A DNA stretch of 62,922 nt, counting the filler, from Octopus bimaculoides (taxonomy: Eukaryota), in assembly GCF_001194135.2 (NCBI RefSeq). It is 5 parts of 5 records of this genome, joined end to end, with 100 filler letters (N's around TTAATTAATTAA, not from the genome) between each part and the next. Parts side by side here need not be neighbours in the genome. Positions count along the whole stretch, not along the records: positions 1 to 27,919 come from NC_068987.1; 4 more parts are not named here. The stretch is one strand, 5' to 3'. The translations under genes and the position numbers were made by a program. The notes below the pieces were generated by a model, which saw nothing but the letters and a program-made list of their open reading frames with translations, was not told where the DNA came from and made no database searches. Positions 1 to 13,529 of the stretch are shown here, piece by piece. The number at the start of each line of letters is the position of its first letter. The first letter of the stretch is position 1.

Positions 1-300
1 CATAGGATCGCGGTTTCGACTCCCAGACGAAGCTCCGGCAGGGGATGGTGGCGAACCCTGCTGTACTCTTTCACCACAACTTTCTCTCACTCTTTCTTCC
101 TGTTTCTGTTGTGCCTGTAATTCTAAGGGTCAGCTTTGTCACACTGTGTCACGCTGAATATCCCCGAGAACTACGTTAAGGGTACACGTGTCTGTGGAGT
201 GCTCAGCCACTAACACGTTAATTTCACGAGCAGGCTGTTCCGTTGATCGGATCAACTGGAACCCTCGACGTCGTAAGCGACGGAGTGCCAACAACAACAC
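1..300 (+). mobile_element. tRNA-derived SINE family A (5' end cut by window edge, internal deletion)
   Basis: Near-identical to full copies at 9955 and 55015: B-box GGTTTCGACTCCC, body, and (CAA)n tail; lacks the segment between CCCAGAC and AAGCTCC. Confidence 0.85.
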
Positions 301-344
301 CAAAGCGTGAGCCTCAATTCACATATGAATCTCGGATGGAGAAT

Positions 345-915
345 TTTGGGAATGTCTTACAAAACTTGACAGTGCCACTAACAGAGTAGATTTGGAAAAC
401 ACGCGTCTGTTTCCTGTGCTCTTTTTCTGTGAAACCAAGTGTTACTAGTTTTGGGATTTGGTTTGCAAGATTCTTTATGTGAGTTCGTGTGTTGAAGCAT
501 ATTCTGTTGTGCCTGGGGAGAGTGATTCTCTTTTGGTGCCTTATAATTTAACACATGCAAGACGCAACGAAAATTTCAGAAAGATAAAAAAGAAATAAGT
601 GGAAATTTTACCGGTGAGTGTGTTAAATTATATATAAGGCACCAAAAGAGAATGACACTCCCCAGACACAACAAGCGTTACTTGGTTTTTGTGCAAATTT
701 GTTGGTACGTAACTTAATACACCTATGATGGTAGGTACAAATGAGAATTCATAGTCAGGATACAAGAGCTGTAAGTCCCGCATTTATTCGCCATAAATGT
801 TCTCTTTTTCCTGGACTTTTGATTGGACATTCATGTTTCCTGGGCAGCTGAACTCTACAACAGTGCATGACTTTTGTTCCCTGTCCCATTGAACAATATC
901 AGGTCTGTTATGTTT
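345..915 (-). mobile_element. Non-LTR retrotransposon 3' end, restriction-like endonuclease (RLE) type, degraded
   Basis: Minus-strand frames read HNRPDIVQWDREQKSCTVVEFSCP..NV..KVQEKENIYGE*MRDLQLLYPDYEFSFVPTIIGVLS and later FQIYSVSGTVKFCKTF. This is the PD..(D/E)xK RLE domain and C-terminus, interrupted by stops and an inserted foldback. Confidence 0.7.
505..673. mobile_element. Small foldback/MITE-like element inside the LINE fragment
   Basis: About 50-bp inverted arms: TGTTGTGCCTGGGGAGAGTGATTCTCTTTTGGTGCCTTATAATTTAACACA and TGTGTTAAATTATATATAAGGCACCAAAAGAGAATGACACTCCCCAGACACAACA. Confidence 0.65.
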
Positions 916-1399
916 GCACCGAATTGATGTATATATGTATGTATGTATGTACGTACGTACGTATGTATGTATGTATGTACGCATGTATGTATGCATGTAT
1001 GCAGTTAATAGTAGAGATATTGTTTATAGTTATTACATGACAGTCTCTTCTGTAGATAGCTTTGTACATTGTTTTAGCAACATCATGCCACGGTAAGTAT
1101 TAGTGTTTCGGTGACATTTAAAAAATTTTTATTTCTTTTTATTTTGGTAGGCGCTGATTCCATGCGTTACCTCCTCCGCAAAAGAGCAACATAACTTATA
1201 TTTAAATTTGCATTTCGGGAGGTTGAGAGCTTCGCTCTTTCATTTGTTCATCAGATATTTTGTAGCTATCTCTTGCTCGGTGATCGAGAAAGCGTAGTCT
1301 TCGAGATGTGACGAGATTTAACTGTCGCGAATCCAAAAGAATCTACACTTTATGTTAATACTTTCATCTTCGATACTATACTAAATATATCTTTTAGAA

Positions 1400-2905
1400 T
1401 GCCAAGCGTATCTTTTCCAAGTTCAGTGATATATGTTAGTCCTGATCTTCTGGGTTCGCGTGTGAGGTCATCTGGAAGTGAATGTTTCTTTAGAAGTTCA
1501 CTACCGACCTACAGGATGTTATGCACATTTTGTGCAGTTGTTCCTTTCTGTATTTTACGTATAATATGGGTAGTTCCCATGTGCACTATGTTTTGAATTT
1601 CTGCCATTTTGGGGGTTCCTGGTAGGAATCAGCCCCTTTTGCTATCATTCCTAGGGCACCTATGACAACAGGAATTGTTTTAGCCTTGAGGTTCTACATT
1701 TTGCCAATTTCTATTTCAAATCTTTATACTTGCTCAGTTTTTGGTAGGTCTTGACAGATACATTTATGTCAATTGGGACAGTCATTTCAATGAGGAGGCA
1801 TGATTTTTGTCTGAAGTCTTTCAATATAATGTCTGGCCTATTTGCATCTATCTTTCTGTCAGTTTGAATGGTGAAGTTCCAGAGGAGTGAGATGTGATCA
1901 TTTTCAAGCACTGGAGGCGGTTTGTGTTCCCACCAGTTTTTATCATGGGGCAGGTCCAGGTTTTTGCAAATTGCCCAGTGAATATACTGTGCTACTCTAT
2001 CATGCCTGTTGAGATACTCTATAGGCGCAAGAAGACTGCAGATGGAGACAACATGATCAATGGTTTCATTTCGTTGCTAATATACATGACATATTGGGCT
2101 ACTGCCGTTCTTTAATATGTTGACCTGGTAGTTCCTTGTAGGTAGGCATTGATCTTGGGCTGCTACGATAAACCCTTCTGTTTCTGATTTTAAGCCAGAA
2201 GACACTAACCATTGATTAGTAAGGGCTTTGTCAACATCGGCACTATTAGCTCTTTTGGGGTATTTGCCATTGAGAGGTTTTCCTTGCCATTTATCAGTAA
2301 GAATGTCTAAGGCAGCAGTTTTGGCGCGGGTTTTCATACGCTTAGCTTTTTCTGTGCTTGTTTGCAGTATGACTAATTCTTGAATTTGTTGCAATTGGAA
2401 TTCACTTAGATATTCCTTTGCCTGTTTTGTTACTGAGTAAGATGCTTTCTTGTTTTCATGTTTTGAGACAAGTTTTAACATCCATTCATCAGAGATTTTC
2501 AGGTAGGTGTCTAGGCCAATCGTGGCAATCTTAATTGTTAATTCCATTTGTAAAAGTCCACCCTCTTTTCTTAGTAGGTAAAGTCTTCCTATATCTGCCT
2601 TTGGGTGGTGCATTCTATGTATTGCCAATAATTTTCGTATTTTTCTGTCAAGATTACATATTTCAGTAATTGACCAGTTAATGATATTGAAACTGTAAGT
2701 CACGACTGGTATGGCTAAAGTAGTGATTGCTTCGATCTTGTTTCTTGCATTCAGCTCTGTCTGTTACCCTACGATAACATTCTCTTCTGAACCTTTCCCT
2801 CATCACTGAATGTCTGATTCCGTCCCCTTCAAATACCTCTAGGTATTTGCAGCTCTCCGCTGATTCTAACTCCTTTATCACATTCTACTGGTCAAGATTA
2901 ACGTT
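1400..2905 (-). mobile_element. 5'-truncated RLE-type non-LTR retrotransposon (R4/Dong-like), frameshifted
   Basis: ORFs 2678-2881, 2077-2703 and 1711-1911 give RT-tail motifs (KYL, LDRKIRKLL..HHPKAD..RLY..RKEGG), WL..SGLKSETEGFI.AAQDQ.L.TRNY, and the RLE motif NRPDII..D....CLLIEMTVP.D.N....K.SKYKDL, followed by IPVVIGALG. Confidence 0.88.
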
Positions 2906-2949
2906 GGATGTTTCTATCATTTTTCCTTTTTATTATTATTATTATTATT

Positions 2950-2990
<41 letters not shown>

Positions 2991-3593
2991 TATTCACACG
3001 CAAATATATGCATTACATGTACATACATTCATATTTATTCTTTTACATTAGATTGAGCGTGGGTGTCCTGTCAGTCTCAATTGTTACCAGCTTACTTCAT
3101 GTCGAAAATGTCTGACAATTTACATGGAACAAGAAAAACGACAAAACAAATGCGTTTTAAATGTGTCACACATGTTTGACTTCACGAAACTTCCGCCATT
3201 AGTCACCATTCTGAAGGAACAGTCTTCTTTCATATTACAACAGTTCATTNNNNNNNNNNNNNNNNNNNNNNNNNNNNNNNNNNNNNNNNNNNNNNNNNNN
3301 NNNNNNNNNNNNNNNNNNNNNNNNNNNNNNNNNNNNNNNNNNNNNNNNNNNNNNNNNNNNNNNNNNNNNNNNNNNNNNNNNNNNNNNNNNNNNNNNNNNN
3401 NNNNNNNNNNNNNNNNNNNNNNNNNNNNNNNNNNNNNNNNNNNNNNNNNNNNNNNNNNNNNNNNNNNNNNNNNNNNNNNNNNNNNNNNNNNNNNNNNNNN
3501 NNNNNNNNNNNNNNNNNNNNNNNNNNNNNNNNNNNNNNNNNNNNNNNNNNNNNNNNNNNNNNNNNNNNNCCCCCCCAATACTTACCTTTTTTT

Positions 3594-3741
3594 CTTTTAA
3601 GTTTGGCTTTGTACCGAACCGCCGGGGTCAAGGACATTAACAAACCAAAACCGGTTGTCAAACTGTGGATTGGTGACAAATACAAACACAAGGTCACATA
3701 TTCATACACACGCGCGCACTTGTATGCACATACACACACAG

Positions 3742-3809
<68 letters not shown>

Positions 3810-3842
3810 GGATGGATGGATGGATGGATGGATGGATGGATG

Positions 3843-3893
<51 letters not shown>

Positions 3894-3903
3894 NNNNNNN
3901 NNN

Positions 3904-3980
<77 letters not shown>

Positions 3981-4165
3981 TGATAGATAGATAGATAGAT
4001 ATACGACGGGCTTCCACACTGTTTCTGTTGATCAAATTCTCTAACAAAGTATTGATCGGGCCGGAGCTTTAGTGGAAGACAATTGCCCGAGATACCGCGC
4101 AGTGAGGCTGAACCTGAAATCACGTAATTGCAAAACGAACTTCGTAACCATATAGCCATTCCTGC
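3594..4165 (-). mobile_element. tRNA-derived SINE family C with expanded internal (GATA)n/(GATG)n
   Basis: Diverged family C head (4005-4165) and 3' half (3594-3700) flank about 260 bp of GATA/GATG repeats. Confidence 0.7.
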
Positions 4166-5109
4166 TTTTATCTGAAATTCTTTCCATGAGTTGAATCTTT
4201 TCAGCACAATTTTCTTATGCATTGTACCTAGGACGGTGAATTGGCACAGCCGTTAAATCGCTAGGTAGAATGCTTCGCAGTATTCGTTCTGGTTCCTTGT
4301 TCTCTGATTTCAAATCTTACCGAGGTCAGCTCTGTCTATCTTCTTTTCGTGATCGATTTAAAAAGAAAACGAATCTCGAACAGATTAGCAAAGTTATCAG
4401 AGCTTCAGAACGGGTACTTTGCGGGGTTTTATAATGAATCTTTCTATTCTGAGTTAAGAGTTCAAATCCCACTAATGTTAACTTTGTCTTCATCCTCCTT
4501 TGGGTGTCCATTAAAAAAAACTACTTCGAACCAAGGTGGTAGGCTGGAGGAACTGTTAGCGAGTCGAACAAAATGCTTTGAAATGTCTCTTCCGAATCTG
4601 AATTCTGGCAGCAACGTCTGCACGAATACTAGCACTCGGCTATATCTGCCCAAGTCAGTGACGTTCCTTCGAATAAACATCGGTGGCGTTCGAATAAACA
4701 TCGGTGGCGTTGCATGCAGAAGTAAATACCAACGCTCCTCAAAACCTTTTGCCCAAACCAGTGCATGCGCAGAGATATGGTTAATCTTGACCGACAGAAG
4801 ACCAATATAAAGACATGTCCTTTTTATTAGTCAATGTATGCTAAAATGTGTGTGTATCTATGTTTGTCCGCCCCACCACCATCGCTTGACAACCGATNNN
4901 NNNNNNNNNNNNNNNNNNNNNNNNNNNNNNNNNNNNNNNNNNNNNNNNNNNNNNNNNNNNNNNNNNNNNNNNNNNNNNNNNNNNNNNNNNNNNNNNNNNN
5001 NNNNNNNNNNNNNNNNNNNNNNNNNNNNNNNNNNNNNNNNNNNNNNNNNNNNNNNNNNNNNNNNNNNNNNNNNNNNNNNNNNNNNNNNNNNNNNNNNNNN
5101 NNNNNNNNN

Positions 5110-5173
<64 letters not shown>

Positions 5174-5943
5174 ATATATCTATTATTAAAGGCTGAACAC
5201 AGTACCATGGTATAAAAGCATATCGTTGAAAACATCGTGAAGTATATCAGCCCAGGGTCCGGAACCAGGATCTGAAACCTATAAATGAATATAATAACTA
5301 CGTAAATAGGTATGTTTTTCAATATTTTATAGGGATATCCGGCGATTCTGTATATTCTGCGAAAGATTTTTCACCTGATGCAAACGTTTTGAAGTTGACA
5401 ATCAAGAAATATAAATTTTATAAAATTGTAAATATCCAATAGAATGTCTTATTGTTTTAGATTCACGTTATTTATTGATAAACAGTCAATCATAATTTGG
5501 ATCGTCTCTGCTTCCTTTACTTTGTAATTCCAGCTGTTTTGGAGATGCAACGAAGAGAGGAGAGACGAGAGATGAAAGATGAAAGAGAGAGAGAGTGAGA
5601 GAATGATAGGGAGAGATTGATAGTAAGGGCGCCATATTTTTTTATTTCCTAATAAGATAGGATGATACAAAATATACTTAGAATATACTTAGAATATACT
5701 TCAGCCTTAACGATGATAAAAAGGCACACAAAATCTTTTAATCGTTTATTAAATTGATTTTTATTTTTCTTAATTAATTAATCTTTAGACGTTGCATTCT
5801 GCTGACGAAAGATGAAACCAGAAATGAAGATGTTTCTTTTTCGTTTTCTTTTATATTTCTTTCTTTCTTTATTCTTTCTTCCTTTATTTATCTAGTCTAA
5901 GAAGTGCATTTCCCCGAAAAATACCGAAATATATATATATAGG

Positions 5944-6300
5944 AACCACACGTTTCCTGGTTCAGTCCCACTGCGTGACACATTGGTCAAGTGTCTTCTA
6001 CTACAGCCTCGGGCCGCCCAGAGCTTTGTGAGTGGATTTGGTAGACAGAAACTGAAAGAAGCCCGTCGTATATATATATATATATGTATGTATTTGAACG
6101 TCTGTGTTTGTCACCCCCACCATCGCTTGATAACCGATGTTGGCGTGTTTACGTCCACGTAATTTAGCGATTTGACAAAAGAGTAGATAGAATAAGTACT
6201 AGGGTTACAAAGAATAAGTCCTGGGGTTGATTTATTAGACTAAAGGCGGTGCTCCAGCATGACCGCAGTTAAATGATTGAAGCCAGTAACAGAAATAAAG
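5944..6300 (+). mobile_element. SINE family C, internal (TA)n
   Basis: GGTTCAGTCCCACTGCGTG head, CORE-like GGCAAGTGTCTTCTACTA block, internal TA run, tail AAGGCGGTGCTCCAGCATGACCGCAG. Confidence 0.8.
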
Positions 6301-6344
6301 GAAATATACATTATTTATTCATTCATCCATCCATCCACCCTTAC

Positions 6345-6445
6345 ATACACACATACATACATACATACATACATACATACATACATACATGCATACATAC
6401 ATACATACATGCATACATACATACATACATACATACATACATACA

Positions 6446-6478
<33 letters not shown>

Positions 6479-6490
6479 GCATGCATACAT
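6345..6490. repeat. (CATA)n microsatellite
   Basis: Direct inspection; source of the spurious HTYI ORFs. Confidence 0.95.
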
Positions 6491-6664
6491 ACAGCCTCCA
6501 TGGTAGAGAAAGAATCTCGCCTACCAGAATATCAGACGTATAAATCTGTTTATCTGAAGCAAATATCTAACATTTACTGAGAGAACATCAGATAATACTG
6601 GATGGAATAAAGGAAGAGAAAGAGAGAGAGAGAGAAAAAAAAACGGGGCGAAAAGAGTGCGCGC

Positions 6665-6716
<52 letters not shown>

Positions 6717-6944
6717 ACACAAAGGCAAACAGATAATTAGAATTGTTAATTGGAAAATCGCTTGAATATAAATGCACACAATGTGGATTCGATTACCACC
6801 TGGCAAGCTAATGAACTAATTATTTCCCCTTCCTTTGAACTTAAAACGTCCTGTGTATTTAATGATTTCATTCATTCTTATTCTCTCCCGCCCTCTCTCN
6901 NNNNNNNNNACATACATACATACATACATACATACATACATACA

Positions 6945-6979
<35 letters not shown>

Positions 6980-6982
6980 GTG

Positions 6983-7014
<32 letters not shown>

Positions 7015-8173
7015 TTTATATATATATAATCTTTCTTGGAATAGTGGATCTCGAAGCACGCATAAAACTATAAGCAATAGTTTATAATGTTCTTATGACG
7101 TCAATAACATACAACTGTTGCTGGTAAAAATAAAATTTCTTAAATTAATAGAGAAATTCGAAGAGCTGCTTTAGTCCAGCGGTAGAACATCTGTCATGTC
7201 TAAAGGAGTTATTGGTTTATATTTAAAAAGATTTTTCAAGTCCATATTTACATACTATGCTTCTAGATCCAGTATTCTAAAATTTAATTGTTTCCTGTTC
7301 TCTCGAAAATATATGAAACTCTCGTGGTGCCAACAATATTTACATGTGTAGGCATGGCTTTGTGGTAAGAAGCTTGCTTCCAAACCACATGGTTCCGGGT
7401 TCAGTCCCACTGCGTGGCACCTTGGGCAAGTGTCTTCTACTATAACCCCAGGCGGACCAAATCCTTATGAGTGGATTTGGAAGATGAAGTCGAAGCCTGT
7501 CGTATATATATATAATATAATCAAAAGTGACGGCAAAAGTGACCCTGTGAACACACAAGTGAATCTCAAGAATAGCCAAAGAATGACTTGACCATAATAA
7601 AAATATTGGTTTCAGGTTTTGGCACAGATCAAGCAAGTTCGGGGTGGGGGAGTAAGTCGATTACATCGACCCCAGTGCTCAACTGGTACTTATTTTATCG
7701 ACCCCCAAAAAAGCAAGCTCGACCCCGGCTAAGGCCCTTACTTAAATAATCTTGCAAAACATTTTGTCCGATGTTCTACTGATTCTATCAATTCCTTACT
7801 GCTTTAACAAAAATTAATATCTGATGACCAGACATTTTGTCAAGACATGAGGTGGCCGAAAGCATTGATGTGAGTATATTACTGATAATTATATTCTTCT
7901 ATTGAGTTATAACCTTTAGAATGTGACCGTGCTGGAGCTTCCTTTTTAGAGTATTTCAATCGATTATATTCAACCCTAGTTCTTGGTTGTCCATTGACAC
8001 AAACATGCACACGCTGACACAGACAAAAACTAGTATACATATATGATATATTGACACCATTTTTTTATTATGAAACACTAGTCAAGATTCTTATGAAAAA
8101 ATTTTATTACGTTATCTCTGAGATTAAGAAAAAATAATAAAAAAGGCAAACACAGGCGAAATGGTGGGTGGTA

Positions 8174-8237
<64 letters not shown>

Positions 8238-9148
8238 NNNNNNNNNNNNNNNNNNNNNNNNNNNNNNNNNNNNNNNNNNNNNNNNNNNNNNNNNNNNNNN
8301 NNNNNNNNNNNNNNNNNNNNNNNNNNNNNNNNNNNNNNNNNNNNNNNNNNNNNNNNNNNNNNNNNNNNNNNNNNNNNNNNNNNNNNNNNNNNNNNNNNNN
8401 NNNNNNNNNNNNNNNNNNNNNNNNNNNNNNNNNNNNNNNNNNNNNNNNNNNNNNNNNNNNNNNNNNNNNNNNNNNNNNNNNNNNNNNNNNNNNNNNNNNN
8501 NNNNNNNNNNNNNNNNNNNNNNNNNNNNNNNNNNNNNNNNNNNNNNNNNNNNNNNNNNNNNNNNNNNNNNNNNNNNNNNNNNNNNNNNNNNNNNNNNNNN
8601 NNNNNNNNNNNNNNNNNNNNNNNNNNNNNNNNNNNNNNNNNNNNNNNNNNNNNNNNNNNNNNNNNNNNNNNNNNNNNNNNNNNNNNNNNNNNNNNNNNNN
8701 NNNNNNNNNNNNNNNNNNNNNNNNNNNNNNNNNNNNNNNNNNNNNNNNNNNNNNNNNNNNNNNNNNNNNNNNNNNNNNNNNNNNNNNNNNNNNNNNNNNN
8801 NNNNNNNNNNNNNNNNNNNNNNNNNNNNNNNNNNNNNNNNNNNNNNNNNNNNNNNNNNNNNNNNNNNNNNNNNNNNNNNNNNNNNNATATATATATATAT
8901 ATAAATAACGTTTAAATAATCAAGCCGAGAAATATAAACAGCAATAGAATAATTATGATGTATTTTATTTTGAAATGGAGTCCTTCTCTATCATTAATTG
9001 CTGTAATTACTGGAGAATTCTGTCATGAAGATGAGACAACTTTTCCTGAGTACTTATTATGTAATTACTATGCATTTAGAATACATACATATACACACAG
9101 CAATACACACTCACATACATACATACATACATACATACATACACACAA

Positions 9149-9185
<37 letters not shown>

Positions 9186-9589
9186 TATGCATACACACAC
9201 ACACACACACAAGTATATACATGCATGCATATACAAATTTATACATATGTATATATAAATGTATGTATGCATGTGTATGCATGTATGTATGTATGTATGT
9301 ATGTACGTATAAGTGTTTGTGTGCATGTATGTATAAGTGTTTGTGTGTATGTATGTATGTATGTATGTATGTATGTATGTATGTATGTATGATAATAAGG
9401 TTTTCAAATGAAACTTCCTAATGAAGACTTTTATGTAATTGTATGAATTAATGTTCTGTGGGGTTCCAGATTATGCCTTGCTGCTGCTGTTGCTGCTGCT
9501 ACTGTTGCAGCTGCCGCTGTTGCTACTACTACTACTACTACTACGATCATCATTATCATCATCATCATCATCATCATTAATGTTGTTGC

Positions 9590-9800
9590 TGTTGGCGAAA
9601 TGGCAAAATCGTTTGCACGCCGGGTAAAATGCTGAGCGATATTCTGCCCGTCGCTGCATTCTGAGTTCAAATTCCGCTGAGGTCTACTATCATCATTTCA
9701 GGGTTCATAAATTAAGTACCAGTGAAACACTGGGGGTTAATGTAATCGACGCAACCCTCCCCCAAAATTTCAGTCCTTGTATCTAATGTAGGGAGGATTA
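9590..9800 (+). mobile_element. SINE family B (GGCGGCGAGCTGGCAGAA head; GTTCTGAGTTCAAATTCC; (ATT)n tail)
   Basis: Matches more than 20 other copies in the window, e.g. 10955-11165(+), 12600-12790(-), 13790-13980(-), 14370-14760(+), 32145-32310(-), 33848-34050(+), 34085-34295(+), 40360-40545(+), 44100-44280(+), 57858-58198(+), 58963-59115(+). Confidence 0.8.
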
Positions 9801-9954
9801 TTATTATAATTAATAACATCAGGTTTGCGAATTGGTGAAATCGTTAGGGCATCGAGGTAAAAATGCTTTACGGTATCTTTTTCGGCACAACACTTTGTGA
9901 GTTCAAATCCCGCAGCGATCAATTTTGTCTTTTATTCCTGTATAGTAGCTAAAG

Positions 9955-10346
9955 AGTGGAGGCGCAATGGCCCGGTGGTTAGGGCAGCGGACTCGCGGTC
10001 ATAGGATCGCAGTTTCGATTCCCAGACCGGGCGTTGCGAGTGTTTATTGAGCGAAAACACCTAAAGCTCCACGAGGCTCCGGCAGGGGATGGTGGCGAAC
10101 CCTGCTGTACTCTTTCACCATAACTTTTACTCACTCTTTCTTCCTGTTTCTGTTGTGCCTGTAATTCAAAGAGCCAGCCTTGTCACACTGTGTCACGCTG
10201 AATATCCCCTCGAGAACTACGTTAAGGGTACACGTGTCTGTGGAGTGCTCAGCCACTTGCACGTTAATTTCACGAGCAGGCTGTTCCGTTGATCGAATCA
10301 ACTGGACCCCTCGACGTCGTAAGCGACGGAGTGCCAACAACAACAA
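9955..10346 (+). mobile_element. SINE family A, full length with target-site duplication
   Basis: A-box-like TGGCCCGGTGGTTAG and B-box-like GTTTCGATTCCC, (CAA)n tail; flanked by GTAGCTAAAG at 9945-9954 and 10347-10356. Confidence 0.92.
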
Positions 10347-13300
10347 GTAGCTAAAGTAAAATAACGTTTAAGTTTGAAGTGCTCTCGGCTTGATTTTGTT
10401 ATTGTTGTTTTTGTTGTCAAGTCCCAGGTAATTTCAGATTGAACAGATATCTATGATGGAAAGCATACAAGCCATGACGATCCCGCTTGATTCTAAGACA
10501 TAGTGTACATCATCTAATGTATCGTTCTTTTGCTCAGACGTTTGGATATGTTTTGAAGGAGATTTTGCTGCTACTTTTATCAGGTAGGTGTCTCTTTACT
10601 CCATAGTTTTAGTGAGGTAGAAATGAGGTATGTAGCATTCAGGTCTTGTTTAACAGCGAAAGTGAAAGTGAAAACGGTTTTAGATGGGGATCAAAACTAT
10701 ATCTCGGATTCCTCTTGCCACTAGCGGATGATTTGTTCTACGCCGTTGCACCCCACATCCTCTGTAAATATCGATTTCTTGTATTGATATCCAATGTCAC
10801 TTCAAGGTTGGAATGAATTTGTAGTATAAGATTCGAGTGGATTAAATGCAAAACGAAAATCCCCCAGGGCGTAAAATAATTAAAGACTATAGAAGCCGCT
10901 TAATGTGATCAGTTTAGAGCGAAGCCTTTTGATAACAATATCTGGCTGATAGTAAGGCGGCAAGCTGCAGAGACGTCAGCACGCCGAGCGAAATGCTTAG
11001 CGGTATTTCGTTTGTCTTTACGTTCTGAGTTCAAATTCCACTGAGGTCGACTTTGCCTTTCATCCTTTCGGGGTCGATGAAATAAGTACCAGTTACGCAC
11101 TGGGGTCGATGAAATCGACTATCCTCCTCACCCAAATTTCCGGTTCTGTGCCTATTAGTAGAAAAATATCTGGCTGATAGTAAAGAAATTAAGAGTTTAG
11201 AACGCACAACTTTTGATAACAATAACCGGTTGGTACCGTGAATTATCTATGATTATAATACGCGGTTACCATCGTAATGTAAAATAAGCATTTCGCCCAG
11301 TGTTCTAACATCTCTCTGTAAATATTTAATTCTAGTATTGGCGCAAGGTCCACATATTTTTGGAGTGGGGAAAGTAGTGACTTAGTACTAGACTGATACT
11401 TTATTTTATTGAACTCCGCTGGAAAGATGAAAGGTGAAGTTGCTTGCTCTCAGTGGGATTCGAACTCAGAACGTGCTCCATTTATTCTTCCAATCTACCA
11501 CCGTTTGTAAATATTGAGTGTGTTTCTGTGTAACCATGATATCAGTTGACCTTTATTGGGGATTGTAAAGTCTAAAAAAGCAACTTGTTAAACCTCTGTA
11601 TATCATCTGCCCAACTACTCCAAACTTGGTATTATAATAATAATATGTCTATTTTTATACATTTATTTTTGTATAAATTCAGGATACACGTATAAAGAAA
11701 GGTTAAAAAGCTAAAGAAAAAGAAAAGAAAATTTGGAAAGTTAATAAATGTTTAGAAAGAGCAGAAAGCTGCAAAGCGAGAAAGACAGGTTCGTCAAGAA
11801 TGTATAGCAATTGCATAGAAAATACGTTGTTAAGCTGTTTCTCCTGGTGTGAACAGTAAATTTATATGATCATGTGAGCAACTAAATTTGATCCACCTAC
11901 ACACAGAATTATTTGAATTTGAACCACTTGGTTCATTATAATACATTTTATTTCATTTCTTTCAATGCTATAATCTGAAATGTTAGAGACAGTCTTCCTG
12001 ATACAAATGCGAGCAAAATGTTGTTGCAACTAGTCTACCGGTTATTTCATGTCACATCAGCAGTGTTATTGTGTCCTTGGAAAAGTAAACAATATGTAAA
12101 ACTTGAACGGTTCAGTCAACCAACTACAAAATAACCATGTAAGTTCTTGATTGATATGAGGCTATGGTAAAAGACATGTTTGCTCAGGGTATGTTGTACT
12201 TACTGTACGGTGGAATCGACGCTGAAGCCAGGTAGTTGCAAGGCGAACTTCTTGAACACATAGTTATGTCTATGTCAAGCCCGATCAGAAATGGGCAGCA
12301 ACTTTTGTCATTGTATGCTCCTACAACTTGAGCACTGGATCTGTGAAGTGTACAGACTAATCCGAACAATTAGGTACTTGTCTTGATTCGATCGGACTTT
12401 ACCGAAACACAAGTACAACAACAAAACCAGTAACATACAGGGTGCGGCGACAGTCCTCCAAGACATTATTCTTGATAAAGATTTCAACAGCAAACGTACG
12501 GTGTGAACCGATTCAAACCATGTTAGTTACTGCAAAGAAACAACAAAACGTTAGCTATATGGAAACAGCTTGTCTAACACTTGTCTAACCTCACTTGTCT
12601 AACCTGAAATTTGAGGAGAGGGAGTAGTCAATTACTTCGACCCAGTGCTCAGCTGGTACTTCTTTTATCAACCCCGAAAGGATAAAAGGCAAAGTCGGCT
12701 TCGGCAGCATTTGATCTCAGAACAGAAAGATGAAACGCCGCTAAATATTTTGCCCGGCGTGCTAACGATTCTGCCATTTCACAGCCTTATTACGAATTTA
12801 AATAATGTTAACAGGTCTTATCAGGTCTTAACTGTATCGTATAATTTTCTCCAGTGTAATTAGGACTACTTTAAATATAATTTCAAAGTGGAGGAGTGGT
12901 CGCCATTAATTCATCTTTTATTATTGTTTTTGCGGTTGTTTAAGCAATTTTTGTCTTTGGGTTATTCGACACTGTTGGGTCTTTTTTATTATGTTACTTA
13001 TTAGTGCATCACTAATTTCTGTTAATCACTATCAAAAGGTGCGCGCGCGCGTGTCTGCGTGTGTGTCTATCTGTCATATATATGTATATATATATATATA
13101 TATNNNNNNNNNNNNNNNNNNNNNNNNNNNNNNNNNNNNNNNNNNNNNNNNNNNNNNNNNNNNNNNNNNNNNNNNNNNNNAGAGAGAGAGAAATACATAC
13201 ATACACACACATACACATACACATATAAACATATGTATGTGACAAAAATGTTTGTTTCGAGTAATTGGTGTTTAAACAAAGTCACTTAATTTGCCATCAG

Positions 13301-13529
13301 TACCAATGCTAGTTGTTCCCATATAAGGAGATATAACATTCGAGCACAATGACTGAGCTGTTGGTAAAGTAAAAAAAAAAAAAGGAAAAGAAAAAACAAG
13401 CTACTTTAGATCTAATTATCATTGCTATTGTTTTCGTTGTCGATGATGATGATGTGTAAAGAAGGCCTATGAACGCATGGTGGTCACGACCGTCCAGCTA
13501 TATTTTCAGATATACTAATTACGTCTCGT

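Noticed and set aside
4349-4810. 153-aa ORF
   Set aside because: It overlaps degraded SINE-like sequence and a 21-bp tandem duplication (4668-4709); no motif and no supported splice sites.
5533-5600. Possible coiled-coil exon (AVLEMQRREERREMKDERER) for the CCDC57-like 5' part
   Set aside because: It merges into a GA microsatellite, shows no recognisable homology, and lies two scaffold joins away.
9955-10030. tRNA genes suggested by A-box and B-box motifs
   Set aside because: All such heads continue into SINE bodies and lack a closed cloverleaf with acceptor stem and terminator.
11683-11790. Possible micro-exons after TTCAG and TTTAG
   Set aside because: All frames after the first acceptor stop quickly, and the second has no pyrimidine tract; no homology recognised.
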